Of a DNA stretch of 64,000 nucleotides, positions 60,547 through 64,000 are shown one piece after another. Numbering within the stretch: position 1 is the first letter of the stretch; every line of letters starts with the position of its first letter. The stretch lies in the IMG/VR virus record IMGVR_UViG_3300024270_000041; one strand, 5' to 3'. The stretch comes from an uncultured virus (IMG/VR IMGVR_UViG_3300024270_000041) (lineage: Duplodnaviria; Heunggongvirae; Uroviricota; Caudoviricetes). The notes below the pieces were generated by a model, which had not been told where the DNA came from, searched no databases, and saw nothing but the letters and a program-made list of their open reading frames with translations. The translations under genes were made by a program, and so were the position numbers.

Positions 60547-62133
60547 ATGGCTACGGTAATTAGTAACTCGCGTTCAGAGTTCGTTCAGAACGTGATTCGT
60601 AACTATACTGAAAATCGTATCGGGCAGTATTCTAAATATCTGGATACCGACCCGATATATGTCACATATTACGCAATCAACATGGTTCACAGTAGGGCGG
60701 ACCCGGGTACTGATGCTATCCAGGATATCACCGGCTCATCATCCCCTATAAGATTCAATAAGATTACCAGATTCCCGATATATATCAAGGGAGGATTCGA
60801 GCCGGACACTACATTTGAAGATGGTATCATCTCCAACGATATTGACCTTAACGAGATTATCATTCTTCCTAATACGCTGACTCCAAGGCCATATGACCAT
60901 ATCTATATCGAACTTCCAAACATGGTTCCGTTCTTGGTCAGAGTTAATGGCTATAGAAATCTCTCTATTCAGTCGAATGACTTCTTCTCAGCATCTGGTC
61001 ATGCTGTCAACTTTGGTGAGGATATCACCAAGGGTATTGATAAGTTGGTAGTCGAGAACTATATATGCGTATTTGAGAATATTGGTACCCAGAATGCATG
61101 CTTCATTAGAAGTGAAGATTATGATAATGCTAATACTTTGGCAGAGGGTATTACCCAGATGACTGAGCTGTACAATGCATTATACTTTAATGATGAGGTA
61201 AACTCATATGTGTATAATGAGTCATTCTACAATATTCCGAATCTCGTCGATCCGTCTCTTAACTTCCACCACGGCCCGTACGTATTGCCCGGGGTTGAGA
61301 GAGTTCATCCAGCAAATCTGCCTGGAATGATGCCCGCAATGCTTGCTTCTGCAGAGGTTGCTAAATATAGCAATCCCAAGCCGAGAAAGAGATTCAAGTG
61401 TTTTATACGCCCGCATTGTAATATCATGACGGATTCAATATACGATATGTATATGACCAAATTCATCATGGAATCAGGGCTCTTCTATAATTCAGACAAT
61501 TTCGATTCCACATCGGCAATTGTATATGAAGACCTCGAGCCTCTGATGTTTGACTATAACTTTAAGAGGTCCATCTGGCATGCGGTCATGACCAAGGATA
61601 CAACACTTCTTGACCCATCTCTTTATTATATACTGACACCTATTCGTAAGGCATACTCAGCATTGTTACTTGCGAGATTCCCGTCTCCTAAGTCATTGAG
61701 TATTGTGCGTAATAGCAATGTATGTTGCTACGATAACGAGTACTTCTCAACAGAGCTTCTCAATGACCTGAAGTACGGTAGATCTGATAAAGAGACATGT
61801 AAGTGCGACCCTGAAGCTGATAGGGCATATGTCAACATCGCATCAGTTATCAGTAATCCGAATAAGGACTTTAATAAGGAAGGCATTAGCTTAAAGGAAT
61901 ACTCTGTTAATCCTCCAACCAATGCTGAAGAAGAACTGACAGATGAAGAGAAGATTATCAAATATATGAATGATATTATCTATAATTATATCAAAGGGCT
62001 CAATGTTGAGTTTGATATTGATTATCTCATGTCCTCTCTGGCAACTCCATCGATTCATATGTTTGAATACTTCCCATTGATACTTTATATCATGAAAAAC
62101 CATTATAATGGTTACTTCAAGCAGGTAGCTTGA
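60547..62133 (+). CDS. Late virion structural protein (neck/head-closure-like)
   Basis: Late promoter 60505-60516; segments RFNKITRFPIY and ILPNTLTPRPYDHIYI; located between capsid and terminase. Confidence 0.5.
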   Translation: MATVISNSRSEFVQNVIRNYTENRIGQYSKYLDTDPIYVTYYAINMVHSRADPGTDAIQDITGSSSPIRFNKITRFPIYIKGGFEPDTTFEDGIISNDIDLNEIIILPNTLTPRPYDHIYIELPNMVPFLVRVNGYRNLSIQSNDFFSASGHAVNFGEDITKGIDKLVVENYICVFENIGTQNACFIRSEDYDNANTLAEGITQMTELYNALYFNDEVNSYVYNESFYNIPNLVDPSLNFHHGPYVLPGVERVHPANLPGMMPAMLASAEVAKYSNPKPRKRFKCFIRPHCNIMTDSIYDMYMTKFIMESGLFYNSDNFDSTSAIVYEDLEPLMFDYNFKRSIWHAVMTKDTTLLDPSLYYILTPIRKAYSALLLARFPSPKSLSIVRNSNVCCYDNEYFSTELLNDLKYGRSDKETCKCDPEADRAYVNIASVISNPNKDFNKEGISLKEYSVNPPTNAEEELTDEEKIIKYMNDIIYNYIKGLNVEFDIDYLMSSLATPSIHMFEYFPLILYIMKNHYNGYFKQVA

Positions 62134-62173
62134 GTTAACAACCATATAAATCGAAACTATCACTACGAAAGGA

Positions 62174-62611
62174 ATGATATACATGATTAAGTTAGATATC
62201 TTTGATACAGACGACTCTATCTTCGAATCTGGACTGAGAGATGATGCATATGGCGTTATTGAACTCGGTCTTGGTGTTGAAGGTGCAGTGAACCCAGATA
62301 TTGATGATTCTGAACTTATCGATGATGATCCAGATGATACTGGTGACCTCGAAGGCGAAGACGTTGTTGCTGGTGTTGATGACGACCCAGACCCAGAAGA
62401 ATATGAAGACGATGACTATGACGATGCCGTGAACGACGTTCTTGTAGACGAAGATGACGATGATGATATCGACATTGATGCTGCAATGGAAGCTCTCGAC
62501 GTCATTGACCCAGTAAACTGTGCGTTCAACGACGACCTTGATCTCGAAAACGTTACAGCATATTCACTTTTCGACAGCGGACTTACGCTCGAAGATGAAT
62601 ATAACGTATAA
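62174..62611 (+). CDS. Extremely acidic small late protein
   Basis: Asp/Glu-rich with an AAMEA site; late promoter 62137-62148. Confidence 0.7.
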   Translation: MIYMIKLDIFDTDDSIFESGLRDDAYGVIELGLGVEGAVNPDIDDSELIDDDPDDTGDLEGEDVVAGVDDDPDPEEYEDDDYDDAVNDVLVDEDDDDDIDIDAAMEALDVIDPVNCAFNDDLDLENVTAYSLFDSGLTLEDEYNV

Positions 62612-62656
62612 GTAATTATTATCCCATTACCTATATAGGTAATGGGATAATTTACA

Positions 62657-62689
62657 CCGTAATTTCCGTATATACTGCATATATATCAT
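62657..62689 (+). promoter_or_regulatory. Bipartite early-type promoter CCGTAAT-N16-TATATATCAT
   Basis: Conserved motif and spacing. Confidence 0.7.
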
Positions 62690-62772
62690 AACATTGTACA
62701 AGAAGTAGCAAACGGCTATGGATGTACATAGTTTAGGGCCACTGATGACGGTGGCAGAAAGGAGGCATCATT

Positions 62773-63120
62773 ATGATGTCCGAAATGTATAATTCTTATA
62801 ATAAGGTGATCGCAATTATCGACAATGTGTTCAACACGTTTGTATCCTCTTCCGAAGAGGATAAGTATATTGCTAGTGTTAACCGCGCTAGCTTTACACT
62901 TAACGCTCCACAGATCCTTATGGATCTTGAGAGGATTGGTGCAATGAGTGCCGATGACATCGAAGGTTTCGTGCCGAAGTATGTCGAAAACTTTAGCTCT
63001 GCTTATAAGCAGAGCTTTATCGTGAGCAGTGGTTTCGGGGAAGCTACCGCATCTCGATATTCTCATCAGGCAGCTTCCAGCATGATGGAAATTATTGACA
63101 GTTATCTCGCAATGAGATAA
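62773..63120 (+). CDS. Early hypothetical protein
   Basis: 115 aa with GCAGAAAGGAGG RBS and its own terminator. Confidence 0.75.
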   Translation: MMSEMYNSYNKVIAIIDNVFNTFVSSSEEDKYIASVNRASFTLNAPQILMDLERIGAMSADDIEGFVPKYVENFSSAYKQSFIVSSGFGEATASRYSHQAASSMMEIIDSYLAMR

Positions 63121-63212
63121 CTGTCGAATCGGGGTCGCTTCGGTGGCCTCGATTTTTTGCTCAAATATGTCCCTAGACAATTTCATAACCTTGAATGAAA
63201 GGAGGATATAAC

Positions 63213-64000
63213 TTGGCTACTATTATAAATGATTCCAAGGTCAGGGTATTTAGAGATTATCATCCGGACTTAGATGATGATAATCATAAGCATGTCCCTC
63301 CGATGAATTTGGAATCCGATATAGGAACTATGTCCAAGGATATGGAACAGGTTGTAGCTACTACTCTTCATGAGCATAAAGAAGCTATGACTGAATTCGA
63401 TAGAAAGAATAACAAGAAGAAGAAACTGTATCAATGGACCACTAGGAATAAAAGCTTCATTGAATTACATAATGACCTTAAGGTACTTGGGGTGAAAAAT
63501 AATAAATTCTTCCTCAGATTATATGATGAAACTCTGATGGATATTGACCCCTATGCACTGGTAGTACCACCGGAAATACAGGCTCGTATCATTATCGAAT
63601 GTATCCGTAACCCATGGTATTTCTTACGAGAAATATGCCGTATCCCAGTAGATGGTAAACCTATCTGTCCTGGTGGTGGTACATCATTCATTGCCGATAG
63701 AAATAATATCGCTACATGGTATCTTTTTTTGAATGGTATTGACCATTACTCATCAAAGCCTCGTCAGAGAGGTAAGACACAGGACGCCCTTGCTAAACTC
63801 AATTATAGCTTCCACTTCGGATGTACATCTGCGACCATTACATTGGCTAATAAAGACTTCACTCTTAATAAGATGAATCTTAGCCGACTAAAGACCCAAA
63901 GAGACATGTTGCCTTTATATCTTCAGATGAAATTATCTATCGACCAGACCACTGGTAAGGTTGAGAAGGAACAGAATAACGTACTCTCTATGGGTAATCC
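63213..64000 (+). CDS. terL: Terminase large subunit (partial, runs off window end)
   Basis: Not in the ORF track. TTG start after GAAAGGAGG; translation gives TRNKSF...LGVKNNKFFL.LYD..L..IDPY...ECIRNPWYFLREI and Walker A KPRQRGKT. Confidence 0.9.
   Translation, partial: MATIINDSKVRVFRDYHPDLDDDNHKHVPPMNLESDIGTMSKDMEQVVATTLHEHKEAMTEFDRKNNKKKKLYQWTTRNKSFIELHNDLKVLGVKNNKFFLRLYDETLMDIDPYALVVPPEIQARIIIECIRNPWYFLREICRIPVDGKPICPGGGTSFIADRNNIATWYLFLNGIDHYSSKPRQRGKTQDALAKLNYSFHFGCTSATITLANKDFTLNKMNLSRLKTQRDMLPLYLQMKLSIDQTTGKVEKEQNNVLSMGN

Noticed and set aside
1..64000. CRISPR array, rRNA, transposase/integrase, nuclear shell or tubulin genes
   Set aside because: No regularly spaced direct repeats or recognisable motifs were seen by eye. 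A divergent shell protein among the hypotheticals cannot be excluded without profile searches.

Overview
This window is part of a large lytic jumbo-phage genome of the phiKZ/AR9(PBS1)-like type. Long AGAAAGGAGG Shine-Dalgarno sites and a clostridial-type Tad1 suggest a Bacillota host. It encodes two different multisubunit RNA polymerase beta'-like subunits, one interrupted by a 377-nt ORF-less group I intron. It also encodes a split family-B DNA polymerase fragment, primase, FEN/RNase H-like nuclease, dCMP deaminase, GroEL-like chaperonin, prohead protease, major capsid protein, terminase large subunit (cut by the window end), baseplate proteins, many probable internal head proteins with A-x-E cleavage sites, a glucosaminidase, a kinase-like protein, and two anti-defence proteins (Tad1 sponge, AcrIII-1/DUF1874 ring nuclease). 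Two promoter classes can be read directly from the DNA: late-type AAC(A/C)-N6-TA, and bipartite early-type CCGT(A/G)AT-N16-TATATAT. The least explained signal is a set of 6-8 intergenic structured non-coding RNA candidates (about 100-560 nt). Several have their own promoter and terminator, and most expose an anti-Shine-Dalgarno-like CUCCU/CCUUUCU tract just before the terminator. All assignments come from motif recognition by eye; no searches or folding were run.
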